Below are positions 34,784 through 43,798 of a DNA stretch of 64,000 nt, piece after piece; position 1 is the first letter of the stretch, and the number at the start of each line of letters is the position of its first letter. Under the pieces are notes generated by a model that worked only from the letters and a program-made list of their open reading frames with translations, did not search any database and was not told the origin of the DNA. The stretch spans positions 1-64,000 of IMG/VR virus record IMGVR_UViG_3300042884_001293. One strand, written 5' to 3'. The translations under genes were made by a program, and so were the position numbers. Origin of the DNA: a virus.

Positions 34784-36825
34784 TGACCATTAACCTAAGC
34801 TCTAGGCCTTTTTTACTCACGATCGCAGGGGTAGATCGCACGTCAGAGCTAGCATCTATCACACTCTCGCAACCATCAACATTAGAGCGTAGAGACGCAC
34901 CAACTACAGGATCGATAACCTTAACTTTTAACCCTCTCAGATACAACGAATTTATAACTATTGGCGATCCTGTGACGGCTGCTAATTGGGCTGTAGAAGC
35001 GGCTGTTGTCTTCCAAACTGCTAATGAGTCAGGAACGCTCGTTAATTACTTCACGGGATTCATTCTAAAGGAGCCATCACCTCCAAATATAGGCTTTAAC
35101 GAGGGAATATTACAGATTGATGTTGGCGATATCCTTGCATACCAATCACAGCGCACAGCCGATAGCGATGTAAGTGGAGTAACGATTGGTACTAATACCG
35201 ATCGCGATGAAATTGTGGTTAGAGTTCTTGAAAATGCGAGAATTACATCTCACTCAATCCCATCTCTTGGATATCCATTTAATACACCAATCCAAAAAAC
35301 GGGCGGATCGCCTATTAAGTTTGCAGGGGATTTAGTAGGAGCCGATCGCCATGTGCTTTATTGCAATGCATCAGGTACGGTAATAGCCTCACCAATTGAC
35401 TTAGCTGCAAGCCCGATCGCTACTCTTACGATTGGCTCTGATGAGGAAAAGTTCCCCCCTGTTGATGGTTCATCTATTCCCACTGTTACCGAATTAACGA
35501 TCGCGGGTGTGGTACAAGAGCCTGACAGTGGTAATTATCCGATCTTAGTTGTTACTCAGCAACAATCAGAATATGGCGTAACTGGAAGCTCGGCTAGAGT
35601 GGTATTAACGATTGGGCAAAACACTTTAAATATTACGAGTGAAAATTATTCGGTTGAAGTCGAAGAGATTGGCTATGCTTATGTCGCGATAATTGACGGG
35701 TTGGCTCAAATGGTTGTATCTCCTTTAATTGCAAATAATATTAAAGAAGTAATTACAACTTTTGATTCTCAGAATAGGCTTAACTCAACTACTACCAGAA
35801 AATATTCAAGGCAAATAAATAATATTGTTGGAGGTGCGGCTCCAATAGGTACAGCAGCAAGCCCATTTTTTGAGATTGAGCGCACAATTATCGATTATGT
35901 TTATCACCCTGATGGTTATCCCTCAAACATAATCACAACGGTATATACAGGCGTTATCCCTACGTCAGGCACTCTCGCAACTTTATACAGTTTGAGCCGT
36001 GAAACCATCCAGTATTCTCCTAATCTGCCTTATTGGAGTCAGATAAAATTTGTCGAGACTTTTGGCACTAATTTTGACGGTGTATCAGGATCAATCGCTA
36101 GATCGATAACTTGTAACGGGGTAACTTATTCAGCCTTTACCACGGGCAATGATAGACTCCCTTCTAATTTTGTTGGAGCAACTCGCACTCCAAAAACTGC
36201 TAACGATGGCTCGACCAGACCACCATCAATTACTTATAGTGAGGCTGCAAAAACCAAAAACAAAGAAGTAACAGCAACGGTAAACGCGATACCTTTGGGC
36301 GGCGTGCCTAGCAAAGAAAAACGTCAACCGCTTTTGGTGGATTGGCTAACCAGTAATGCTCATGCTCTTGAGTATGGACAGCTAGAGATAGTGCTAATTA
36401 ACGGGCGCAAACAATGCCGATTCATGGTCACGGCTTTGACTGATGCTCTTTTAAATTTGCGCCCTCGATGCAGGATCGATATTATTTTTAATGGGATTTT
36501 GTATCGATGCTTGGCGGATGCGATCGCATTTAGTCAGGATCTGACAAAACGATCTATCGGGTTTATGTGCGATGTTATTTCGACTAGCCCTGCTGCTACA
36601 CCGTCAACGGTTTACAAACCTATGATGGTGACTAACTCTATTCAATGCATTGCACAAGCATCACCAGCAACAGTCGCTATATCCGCAAATATTAACTTTG
36701 ATGTAATATTTGCCCAGTGCGAACCAGCAACGGCGGCGATTGATATTGGTGTAAATGTCAGTGCAACTATTACCGCACAATGCGAACCAGCAACTGCAAT
36801 CATTTCTAGTACTTTCACTCCTTAA
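34783..36825 (+). CDS. putative tail tip / baseplate protein
   Basis: 680 aa, by position. C-terminal 21-aa tandem repeats (AQCEPATA...). Confidence 0.45.
   Translation: MTINLSSRPFLLTIAGVDRTSELASITLSQPSTLERRDAPTTGSITLTFNPLRYNEFITIGDPVTAANWAVEAAVVFQTANESGTLVNYFTGFILKEPSPPNIGFNEGILQIDVGDILAYQSQRTADSDVSGVTIGTNTDRDEIVVRVLENARITSHSIPSLGYPFNTPIQKTGGSPIKFAGDLVGADRHVLYCNASGTVIASPIDLAASPIATLTIGSDEEKFPPVDGSSIPTVTELTIAGVVQEPDSGNYPILVVTQQQSEYGVTGSSARVVLTIGQNTLNITSENYSVEVEEIGYAYVAIIDGLAQMVVSPLIANNIKEVITTFDSQNRLNSTTTRKYSRQINNIVGGAAPIGTAASPFFEIERTIIDYVYHPDGYPSNIITTVYTGVIPTSGTLATLYSLSRETIQYSPNLPYWSQIKFVETFGTNFDGVSGSIARSITCNGVTYSAFTTGNDRLPSNFVGATRTPKTANDGSTRPPSITYSEAAKTKNKEVTATVNAIPLGGVPSKEKRQPLLVDWLTSNAHALEYGQLEIVLINGRKQCRFMVTALTDALLNLRPRCRIDIIFNGILYRCLADAIAFSQDLTKRSIGFMCDVISTSPAATPSTVYKPMMVTNSIQCIAQASPATVAISANINFDVIFAQCEPATAAIDIGVNVSATITAQCEPATAIISSTFTP
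36652..36822 (+). repeat. about 63-nt tandem repeat x about 2.7 at the 3' end of the tail gene
   Basis: AQASPATVAISANINFDVIF / AQCEPATAAIDIGVNVSATIT / AQCEPATAIISSTFTP. Confidence 0.8.
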
Positions 36826-36829
36826 AATT

Positions 36830-37213
36830 ATGGCAATTACTCACAGCACAACGATTAGAAACGGGCTTTGTAACTACACCGTAGATGCTTTAGACCAAGG
36901 ATCGGGCGCAGGTAAATTAAAGATTTATTCTGATACTGGCTTAACTACTTTACTTGCTACTTTTACCCTAGCCGATCCTGCCTTTGGAGCGGCTTCATCA
37001 GGGCAAGCTACAGCCAATGCAATCACACCAATTACAGCATCAGCAAGCGGTACAGCGTTAGCTTTTTCTGCTACCGATTCCGATAATGTTGTCATTTTCC
37101 AAGGCAATGTAGGAGTATCAGGATCGGGCGCTTCATGCATTTTAAATACCACTACTTTAGTTAGTGGCGGATCTCTGTCTGTAAATACCTTTACCTATGC
37201 CGCTCCTGTGTAA
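36830..37213 (+). CDS. small conserved tail-module protein
   Basis: MAITHSTTIRNGLCNYTVDALDQGSGAGKLKIYSDTG...PAFGAASSGQATAN...ASGTA. The pattern recalls a small phage protein family of unknown function. The ATG at 36830 lies after the upstream stop. Confidence 0.5.
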   Translation: MAITHSTTIRNGLCNYTVDALDQGSGAGKLKIYSDTGLTTLLATFTLADPAFGAASSGQATANAITPITASASGTALAFSATDSDNVVIFQGNVGVSGSGASCILNTTTLVSGGSLSVNTFTYAAPV

Positions 37214-38019
37214 TGGACAATCTCACCCCTGCCCAAAAAGTACGATTACAGCTCGAAAAAAGTATGACGTATGACTCTCAATCTAGAGCCATACGTGATC
37301 GCTTATTCAAAAATGCGCCTCAACTTGCCACAATTGGAGCCGATGGCAAAATTAAAATGCTTAGCGGTGACGATGCACCAGCCGAATTTATGCCAAATTT
37401 GTACTATGGGCAGGGAGAGATTGTAGACTATACGCCAGTGCAAGGCGGATTAGGTAAAGCGGATAAAAAGAGCTTTATCGGTGCTACTGAACCCGATATC
37501 CTAGATATAATTCCCGCATTTCTCCTTGATGGACTTTTTCAAGAAGTTCTCATTACCTACACGGGAGGCTCTACTCAAACATTTATTACATTTGAGCAAT
37601 CTGCCTATAATTTGGAGGGTGATTATATCCCAGTGACCGAACGCGAAGAGGTAATATCCTCAGATGATATCGATTACGCATATACAGGGGAAGTTATTTT
37701 TAGAAATGCAATTCCCTATATCAAACATGCAATTACTTTTGAAAATACCTCCATAGGGATAACGCTACAAAGAGGGGTGGCAATAGGCTTGCCTACCGCA
37801 AGCCCTTTATTTACTGCCTCGACTTTTGCGATCGCAACAACCATTACTGGCTATATAAAAATAGAAGGGTTTCCCGAAGAATCTACCCCGCCTGTTAACT
37901 GGACTTTTGACGAAACTTTGACCGAAAGCCCTCAAATATTTACAGATTCCTATGCTGTCGGGGCTATCCCGTTTGAAGTTTGGGTCAACATCGAAATAAA
38001 CAGTATTACTTTTAGCTAA
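37213..38019 (+). CDS. hypothetical tail-module protein
   Basis: Overlaps the upstream stop (TAATG); 268 aa. Confidence 0.55.
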   Translation: MDNLTPAQKVRLQLEKSMTYDSQSRAIRDRLFKNAPQLATIGADGKIKMLSGDDAPAEFMPNLYYGQGEIVDYTPVQGGLGKADKKSFIGATEPDILDIIPAFLLDGLFQEVLITYTGGSTQTFITFEQSAYNLEGDYIPVTEREEVISSDDIDYAYTGEVIFRNAIPYIKHAITFENTSIGITLQRGVAIGLPTASPLFTASTFAIATTITGYIKIEGFPEESTPPVNWTFDETLTESPQIFTDSYAVGAIPFEVWVNIEINSITFS

Positions 38020-38022
38020 ACT

Positions 38023-38274
38023 ATGAGCATAGAAAACTTACTATCAACAGCATTCATGGATTCAGTGCTAGCTATCAACCGAAAGCTCACAATTGATGAC
38101 GCGCAACGAAATGTAAGTGCAACTTATTTGGGAGCTAATAAAGTACAGCTTGCTAATGGCGATATCCGTACAGCCTACAACCAAGGTACAAAAGAAGTAT
38201 TGATCGGGGAATCAGTGATTTGTACTTTTCCGATCCATTCAGCGATCGGCACTTATACTAGCAAGATTTCTTAA
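38023..38274 (+). CDS. hypothetical protein
   Basis: Last gene before the terminator. Confidence 0.5.
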   Translation: MSIENLLSTAFMDSVLAINRKLTIDDAQRNVSATYLGANKVQLANGDIRTAYNQGTKEVLIGESVICTFPIHSAIGTYTSKIS

Positions 38275-38275
38275 A

Positions 38276-38308
38276 CAAAAAAGCGCTCTAAATTTAGAGC
38301 GCTTTTTT
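38276..38308. terminator. bidirectional rho-independent terminator
   Basis: AAAAAAGCGCTCTAAA-TTTAGAGCGCTTTTTT. Confidence 0.8.
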
Positions 38309-38312
38309 GTTG

Positions 38313-38468
38313 CTATTTTTTCTCCACTCCCTTACCTAACGCACCCATTCCGATAATGCTTAAGCCAAAAGCCCATGACGCATATTCAGGATAGATATTT
38401 TTCGAGATCGCTAGCTCGGATGCTCCAGCGACAACACCCAAAACAGTTAGCCATTGTGTAGAGTTCAT
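38313..38468 (-). CDS. small membrane protein (holin-like size), tentative
   Basis: 51-aa ORF below the cutoff: MNSTQWLTVLGVVAGASELAISKNIYPEYASWAFGLSIIGMGALGKGVEKK, with two hydrophobic segments. Confidence 0.35.
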   Translation of the reverse strand: MNSTQWLTVLGVVAGASELAISKNIYPEYASWAFGLSIIGMGALGKGVEKK

Positions 38469-38478
38469 TTGATTTTCC

Positions 38479-39270
38479 TTGAAAAAGTGCCATAATCATT
38501 CTAATACTTTCCCTATTGTTTCAATAATGAAATCTTATATCGCTGTAGCCCCCGCTACACAATCGCAGTCTACGCAAAATAGCGGATCTAGTAATGAAAT
38601 ACCTATAAATTTAGGGACAGGGGCTGTAGGGACTGGACTAGTTGTTTTGTCTGTAATTTTGACTAAGCTATCTGGCTTTGTGGATTGGAAAGAGATTGGG
38701 AAACAATGGTCAGGATCGCAGACTAGTAGGATACTGCAATCCGAAAACCGCAAAGGGCAAGAGCTAGAAGCAGAGATTGATATTAATCAAGGTCTGTCCG
38801 ATACCGTATCCCAACTTGCTACAAGGGGAATGGATACCACTACAGCCATCACAAAAGACTTATTGCATTTAGTGTCTGATGCAATCCAAACCTCATCGGC
38901 TAATGCTCAAAGCTTGCAGTCATTGGCTAAGGCTAACGAGTCGGTAAATAAAGCGCATGAGGATTTGATTAATGCCACTAGGCACAACACCGAGGCAATT
39001 CAAGCATTGGAACAAGCGATCGCTAGCATTCCCACAGAGACAGCTTCTATATTAGAAATTTATGCATCAGAATTGAGAATTGCCTTAAATAGTATTGATC
39101 GCAGGATTGAGGAAAGCAATCAGATTAAGCATGGGGGGTACGAGCGAATCGAAAAAATTATTCAGCTAGCAGAAACCCGCATCATCGAACAGTACACGGG
39201 TACAATTGCTCAGTTGCGGGTTGAGATAAAGGATTTAGAGAAAGTGATTAAGGGTCAACAGCTTGGCTAG
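38479..39270 (+). CDS. membrane-anchored coiled-coil protein
   Basis: TM segment 'GTGLVVLSVILTKLSGFV' followed by long heptad-like helices. TTG start in the track; ATG at 38527. Confidence 0.5.
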   Translation: MKKCHNHSNTFPIVSIMKSYIAVAPATQSQSTQNSGSSNEIPINLGTGAVGTGLVVLSVILTKLSGFVDWKEIGKQWSGSQTSRILQSENRKGQELEAEIDINQGLSDTVSQLATRGMDTTTAITKDLLHLVSDAIQTSSANAQSLQSLAKANESVNKAHEDLINATRHNTEAIQALEQAIASIPTETASILEIYASELRIALNSIDRRIEESNQIKHGGYERIEKIIQLAETRIIEQYTGTIAQLRVEIKDLEKVIKGQQLG

Positions 39271-39799
39271 GATCGAGCTTACAGATTGCATCGTAAATCA
39301 CTCGCTTAATTAGGTGTATAGCGCCGCTAAGTCTATCAAGCATTGGTATTGATTCTAGGGCTTGCACCATACGCATGATTGATGTTAGCTCTGATAGGCG
39401 ATCGCTGTCGGAACGGTCAAGATTATCTTCTAGGATGTCGATTTTATTGCAACGCTCTTCAATTACCGCTAAAAGCCGTTCATTCTCTTGAGCAAAAGCT
39501 TTGTTATTCTGATCGATAACTTCACGTAGTTGGTCAATCCTTTCAGCACTGCTATGGGCTATAGGCTGAACGCTTTTTGAAGCTTCTTGCAGCCTTTCGA
39601 TTTCTTGATTTAGCCCTTGAATTATTTTGGCACTACCTCTAAGGGCCGCATCTCTTCCGTCGATCTGGTCTTTGAGATTGGAGATAGTGCGATCTTGTTC
39701 TTTGAGCTGTGATTCCACAAACGCCGTATGCCATCGGCAAACAAAAGCGAAGACGATTAGAGCGATTGGAATTAGAAGTAAATTAGTTGAGTTTTCCAT
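39248..39799 (-). CDS. membrane-anchored coiled-coil protein
   Basis: From the ATG at 39799: MENSTNLLLIPIALIVFAFVCRW, then coiled coil. Confidence 0.5.
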   Translation of the reverse strand: MENSTNLLLIPIALIVFAFVCRWHTAFVESQLKEQDRTISNLKDQIDGRDAALRGSAKIIQGLNQEIERLQEASKSVQPIAHSSAERIDQLREVIDQNNKAFAQENERLLAVIEERCNKIDILEDNLDRSDSDRLSELTSIMRMVQALESIPMLDRLSGAIHLIKRVIYDAICKLDPSQAVDP

Positions 39800-39974
39800 T
39801 GTTTCCAAAAGTCCGTTTATCTTGTCTGTACGTGCCATCGGGTAACAAATAATACTTGTAGTTAACGTCATCAAATTTTGGCGAAATAACGACTTTGTGA
39901 GGGTTGCAAACTTGCATCAAAAGCTCAGTAAGTTCTTCTTTTAGTCTTGATGGGATGTTTTGATTTAATGTCAT
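39783..39974 (-). CDS. hypothetical protein
   Basis: ATGA-coupled to the upstream ATPase gene. Confidence 0.45.
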   Translation of the reverse strand: MTLNQNIPSRLKEELTELLMQVCNPHKVVISPKFDDVNYKYYLLPDGTYRQDKRTFGNNGKLN

Positions 39975-41296
39975 ATTTTCCTTGCTTCTAATCCGTTTCT
40001 TCCAGCGTTACGAGTTTCCACATAGCCCTGCACCTCCAAATATTGCAGATAGCCTTGGACTTCAGCGATCGGTGTTTTGGCTACCTTAAACTCAGTGATT
40101 GATTGACTGATTAAATTATCACGCACCCAATCGCGCCCATCCAAATAATTAATAATTGCTTTTAATGTTGGCGCGGTAATTTGCGATTTAGGGGTATCCA
40201 CAATCTCGCTAGATTTTACCGATACTGTAGGCTGCGATAAATCATCGCAATCATTGTTAATAATTGCTAGCAGCCCATTAGGAATAGGCAATTGATTAAT
40301 CTGCATTAAGTTTTTAGGTGGATTACCTTTCTTCCTGAAAGTAGAATAATGCCCATGCGTAGGATGAATTGCTATAGATGGCGCGATACTGCCATCAAGC
40401 AAGCAAGGATAAGCCACATCAGTAAAAGATTTGCCTAATTGAGCATGACTTCTTGCTGATTGACCTAGCAAAATCAATGCATAGTTAGATCGGTATTTGG
40501 CATCAATACCGATCGCGTTTACATTTGAGCTTTGATTTAATCCGCAAAAGGTAAGTCCAAATTTGCGTCCCTCACTGCCTAATCTTTTTAAAGCTGATTC
40601 AACTACCTTTTTATCTTTGAATCGTTCTAGCGCCGCGTTTAGCTCATCACAAATTACAAATAAAGGATCTCCTAATGGTTCACCTTTGCCTTTGCGATCG
40701 CATCTTGCGTCTAGCTCAGAAAGTAGCCAAATTAAAGCAGCTTCAATCTTTTCGATTTTGCCAATACTAGTAATCCCTGCTAGTTTCCAACAATCATTCC
40801 AGTGTGGGTCAAGGGCAATTACAGCCATTGGCTCATCTTTGGACAAATGCCCAGCCAGCCAAGTAGCAAGAGAGCTTTTAGCACTGCCAGAATTGCCACA
40901 AATCAGGAATCCAACAGCCTCATCAGCAATATTATTCCAATCATAATAATTAGGCTTTTCAACAATCTCTAATTGGGCAATCGTTACCTCACGCTTAGGC
41001 GGCGCATAGGATACCGCTAAATGATTAGATAAGCCCTCGTTAGCTCTATCAATAACGCTTTCATGATTGTCATAAGTCAAGTTTTGGTTAAATCTCGACA
41101 ATTTAAAACATGTCGCTGTAGCTGCTAATTGAGAAACAACAATAACTCCTTTAGCAAAATCATTTGATTGGAATGGAACGGACAAAAATAGCATAAAAGC
41201 AATAAACGAACTAGAAAGACTGCCATAGTGAGAATAGCGCTGAGCAAGAATGACTAGCGCTACTTGCGATACATGGAAATCTTTCGTTAAGTTCAT
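39971..41296 (-). CDS. membrane-associated FtsK/HerA/TraB-like P-loop ATPase with C-terminal winged helix
   Basis: N-terminal hydrophobic segments. Walker A 'ICGNSGSAKSSLA'. Walker B 'LFVICDELNA'. C-terminal 'VQGYLQYLEVQGYVETRNAGRNG'. Confidence 0.55.
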   Translation of the reverse strand: MNLTKDFHVSQVALVILAQRYSHYGSLSSSFIAFMLFLSVPFQSNDFAKGVIVVSQLAATATCFKLSRFNQNLTYDNHESVIDRANEGLSNHLAVSYAPPKREVTIAQLEIVEKPNYYDWNNIADEAVGFLICGNSGSAKSSLATWLAGHLSKDEPMAVIALDPHWNDCWKLAGITSIGKIEKIEAALIWLLSELDARCDRKGKGEPLGDPLFVICDELNAALERFKDKKVVESALKRLGSEGRKFGLTFCGLNQSSNVNAIGIDAKYRSNYALILLGQSARSHAQLGKSFTDVAYPCLLDGSIAPSIAIHPTHGHYSTFRKKGNPPKNLMQINQLPIPNGLLAIINNDCDDLSQPTVSVKSSEIVDTPKSQITAPTLKAIINYLDGRDWVRDNLISQSITEFKVAKTPIAEVQGYLQYLEVQGYVETRNAGRNGLEARKI

Positions 41297-41598
41297 TGCC
41301 CTGCTCTCAGTGCCTTTTCCAGTTTGCGGTTAGCAGCTTTTAAATTTTCATCAGTAACAGATCTAAGATTGACATCGCTTTTAAATCCTGATTTCTCAAG
41401 CAATTCACGATGCTTTTTCTTTAATTCTTTGCGAGATTCCGAGACTTCTACTACTGCAACTTTAGGCTGTAGATAGGTAGAGTAAACCCAACTACCAGCA
41501 AGCCAAACACCAGACAAAACACAAGAACTCATGGCAACTAAAAAGGAAGTGCTGATCGCTCGTACATGGTTAAGGTTGTGCTGTCTGGTTGTAGGCAT
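41293..41598 (-). CDS. small membrane protein
   Basis: TM 'FLVAMSSCVLSGVWLAGSWVY' plus a charged tail. Confidence 0.45.
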   Translation of the reverse strand: MPTTRQHNLNHVRAISTSFLVAMSSCVLSGVWLAGSWVYSTYLQPKVAVVEVSESRKELKKKHRELLEKSGFKSDVNLRSVTDENLKAANRKLEKALRAGQ

Positions 41599-41761
41599 CG
41601 CGGATCTCTCGCAATAATTGATTCTTTTTGAAAGCTGCTTTTGATTCTGTTATTTGCTCTGGTAGCGAGTTCAGGATGTAAGCAGCAAAGCCGATATATC
41701 CTGAACTCGCTACGGTCAAAACGATTGAAATAATCTGTTTAATCATCCCAATCATTAACAT
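41570..41761 (-). CDS. small membrane protein
   Basis: TM 'IISIVLTVASSGYIGFAAYIL'. Confidence 0.45.
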   Translation of the reverse strand: MLMIGMIKQIISIVLTVASSGYIGFAAYILNSLPEQITESKAAFKKNQLLREIRDAYNQTAQP

Positions 41762-41845
41762 CGCGATCTTGCCTTGCTTCCCAGTCTGTATCCCAATCAG
41801 GGGGAATACCTAAAATCCAACTAAAGAAATTTACAAAGAAGTTAG

Positions 41846-42031
41846 TCATTTTGCCCTCTGTATTTGTGATGCTGTATAGCCTGATGGGAACCCAATCGCA
41901 AATCCAACTGATACGCCAGTAATCAAAGTAGAGATTATTGATAGAACAAGCAGAGCAATTATTTTGTCTTTGCTTTGTAATCTCTCGATTAGCTCAACGG
42001 ACGAGAGAGTAGCTAAATCGCGTGAGGTCAT
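41846..42031 (-). CDS. small membrane protein
   Basis: TM 'IIALLVLSIISTLITGVSVGFAIGF'. Confidence 0.45.
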   Translation of the reverse strand: MTSRDLATLSSVELIERLQSKDKIIALLVLSIISTLITGVSVGFAIGFPSGYTASQIQRAK

Positions 42032-42501
42032 CGCTTTAGCACTCCCAATTCCTTAAGCCTTGCCTCAACTTCATCTAACTCAGTTAGCAGCTCATCGCTA
42101 ATCTCTGAGCTTTGCTCCAAAGTAACAAGCTCGTCAAAACGGGCGGTAAGTGTTTCGATTTCTTGATCGGGTTTAGACTCAGCAAGGGAAGACGGAATGG
42201 ACAATAGCATAGGCGTATGATTCAGAGCGATCGGACTGTAATTTTTTGACAAATTGGTAAAAAAATCGGGAGCGATCTTTGGCTCCTCTAATGCACTGTC
42301 AAACTCATCTCGCCATGCTTCAAATTTAATTCTTTGCACAACTGAACGGGCTTTGTTGCGCTGATGAGTGTAAATCATCTCAAGACTACCTTCTAACCCC
42401 TCAATAACGGGAATAGAGGTATTATTTGCATCTTGAGATGGCTTATCTTGAGATGCTTGTTCTGCTTTTACTTGTTCTTTAGTCTTGTATTGGGTTGTCA
42501 T
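42028..42501 (-). CDS. hypothetical acidic protein
   Basis: ATGA-coupled on both sides. Confidence 0.5.
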   Translation of the reverse strand: MTTQYKTKEQVKAEQASQDKPSQDANNTSIPVIEGLEGSLEMIYTHQRNKARSVVQRIKFEAWRDEFDSALEEPKIAPDFFTNLSKNYSPIALNHTPMLLSIPSSLAESKPDQEIETLTARFDELVTLEQSSEISDELLTELDEVEARLKELGVLKR

Positions 42502-42764
42502 AACGATCTTAAGATCCTTGATATTTTACGAGTGTTTTTGTTTTTAGAAGCTCCAAACGCTTTAGCAGACCTCTTTTCAGCATACTCAAGAATGATTTTC
42601 AATTCATCTTGTGAATAAGGCGGATCGCCAACTCCTGAATAAACAGCATCGCGCCAATCCTCAAAAGTTGATCTTGCAAATCCGTATGCTTCAATAATCT
42701 GCTTAACGCTAAGCTCTATATGGCTTTCAGTGTGCGTCATAGCGTGAGCGATCGTGTGCGTCAT
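42498..42764 (-). CDS. hypothetical small HTH-like protein
   Basis: First gene of the minus operon; 'LSVKQIIEAYGFARSTFEDWRD'. Confidence 0.4.
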   Translation of the reverse strand: MTHTIAHAMTHTESHIELSVKQIIEAYGFARSTFEDWRDAVYSGVGDPPYSQDELKIILEYAEKRSAKAFGASKNKNTRKISRILRSL

Positions 42765-42843
42765 GGCTTATGAAATAGGATACTACAGCTCGTAGTATTA
42801 GCTTGTCAAGTGCTAAAGTAAAATAAATTTATATTGGCAAAAT

Positions 42844-43071
42844 ATGGAAGGTATACCGCGCAGCATTCGTTTCTATCCAGATATTTACGCATCACTCATA
42901 AAAGAGTTAGAGCGTAGAAGATCAAACGGTGACAAAGAAATTGATTTTACTAAATTGGTTAATGAGCTTTGCTTAATCATGCCTGCCGATGCATGGGGAG
43001 ATTTAAGCGATCGCCTTTCCAATTTAGAACAGGAAGTTAAAGAAATTAAATTAAAACTTGAAAATGATTAA
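42844..43071 (+). CDS. ribbon-helix-helix-like protein
   Basis: 'PRSIRFYPDIYASLIKELERRR' is an RHH-like N-terminus. Divergent from the membrane/ATPase operon. Confidence 0.4.
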   Translation: MEGIPRSIRFYPDIYASLIKELERRRSNGDKEIDFTKLVNELCLIMPADAWGDLSDRLSNLEQEVKEIKLKLEND

Positions 43072-43613
43072 TTTCTTTTTTTTTTGATTTGATAATTCGC
43101 TAATTCCGTTTGATGCTCTAGATTTGAGCAATGCAGAGCCTTATGTAGAGTCTTTATTAGCACTCTACAAATTTATGAGTCTTTCACTCAATCACCTAAG
43201 TCAGTAATTTAAACCCATTTTTATTACTCTTGTATTGAGTATCACAGGTGACGCTAATCTGGCGGATGGCTTGCCTTTTTATTTGCGGGATGCCTCCCTA
43301 ATTAAGTCAGACGCATTGGGGCTTATATCCAACGGTGACACCATCGACCTATTGCTTGCGTGTCTACGTCATTGTCCTTTGCTAAAGGCTCTGACACGCG
43401 TAAGGGGGAATAATTGTTATGCACTGAGTCATCACAACGCTTTCACCTTACAGAGATACAGCTAACCACTTTCTCTGCGTAGACCACAAAACCCAAAATT
43501 CTTATGCTAAATACTTGCAAAACTATAACGCTAGCTGCTAATATTGATTTACATAAAAAAGACGGGACGTTAGATTTTGTTTGTGGTAATTCAATACTAA
43601 CTCCTCAAGTTTA

Positions 43614-43659
43614 AAAAGTAAAGCACCTCTACCGATTTTGGTAGAGGTGCTTTACTTTT
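43614..43659. terminator. very strong hairpin (20-bp perfect stem) terminator
   Basis: AAAAGTAAAGCACCTCTACC-GATTTT-GGTAGAGGTGCTTTACTTTT. Confidence 0.8.
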
Positions 43660-43689
43660 ATGTTTTAAAGGTTGCGATTAGACAATAAA

Positions 43690-43725
43690 AAAGGCGGATC
43701 GCTGTAGGGAGTGCGATCCGCCTTT
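43690..43725. terminator. hairpin terminator
   Basis: AAAGGCGGATCGC-TGTAGGGAGT-GCGATCCGCCTTT. Confidence 0.65.
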
Positions 43726-43798
43726 GATCAAGAAAGTAACAAGTTAAACAAAGGTAACAATGCTTTTAAATTATAACTGTTAAAACACAAAATAAAAC

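Noticed and set aside
43235-43465. 76-aa ORF inside the large non-coding region.
   Set aside because: It has a TTG start, no RBS and no neighbouring coupled genes, and the segment folds into nested helices. I treated the region as non-coding but flagged it in the findings.
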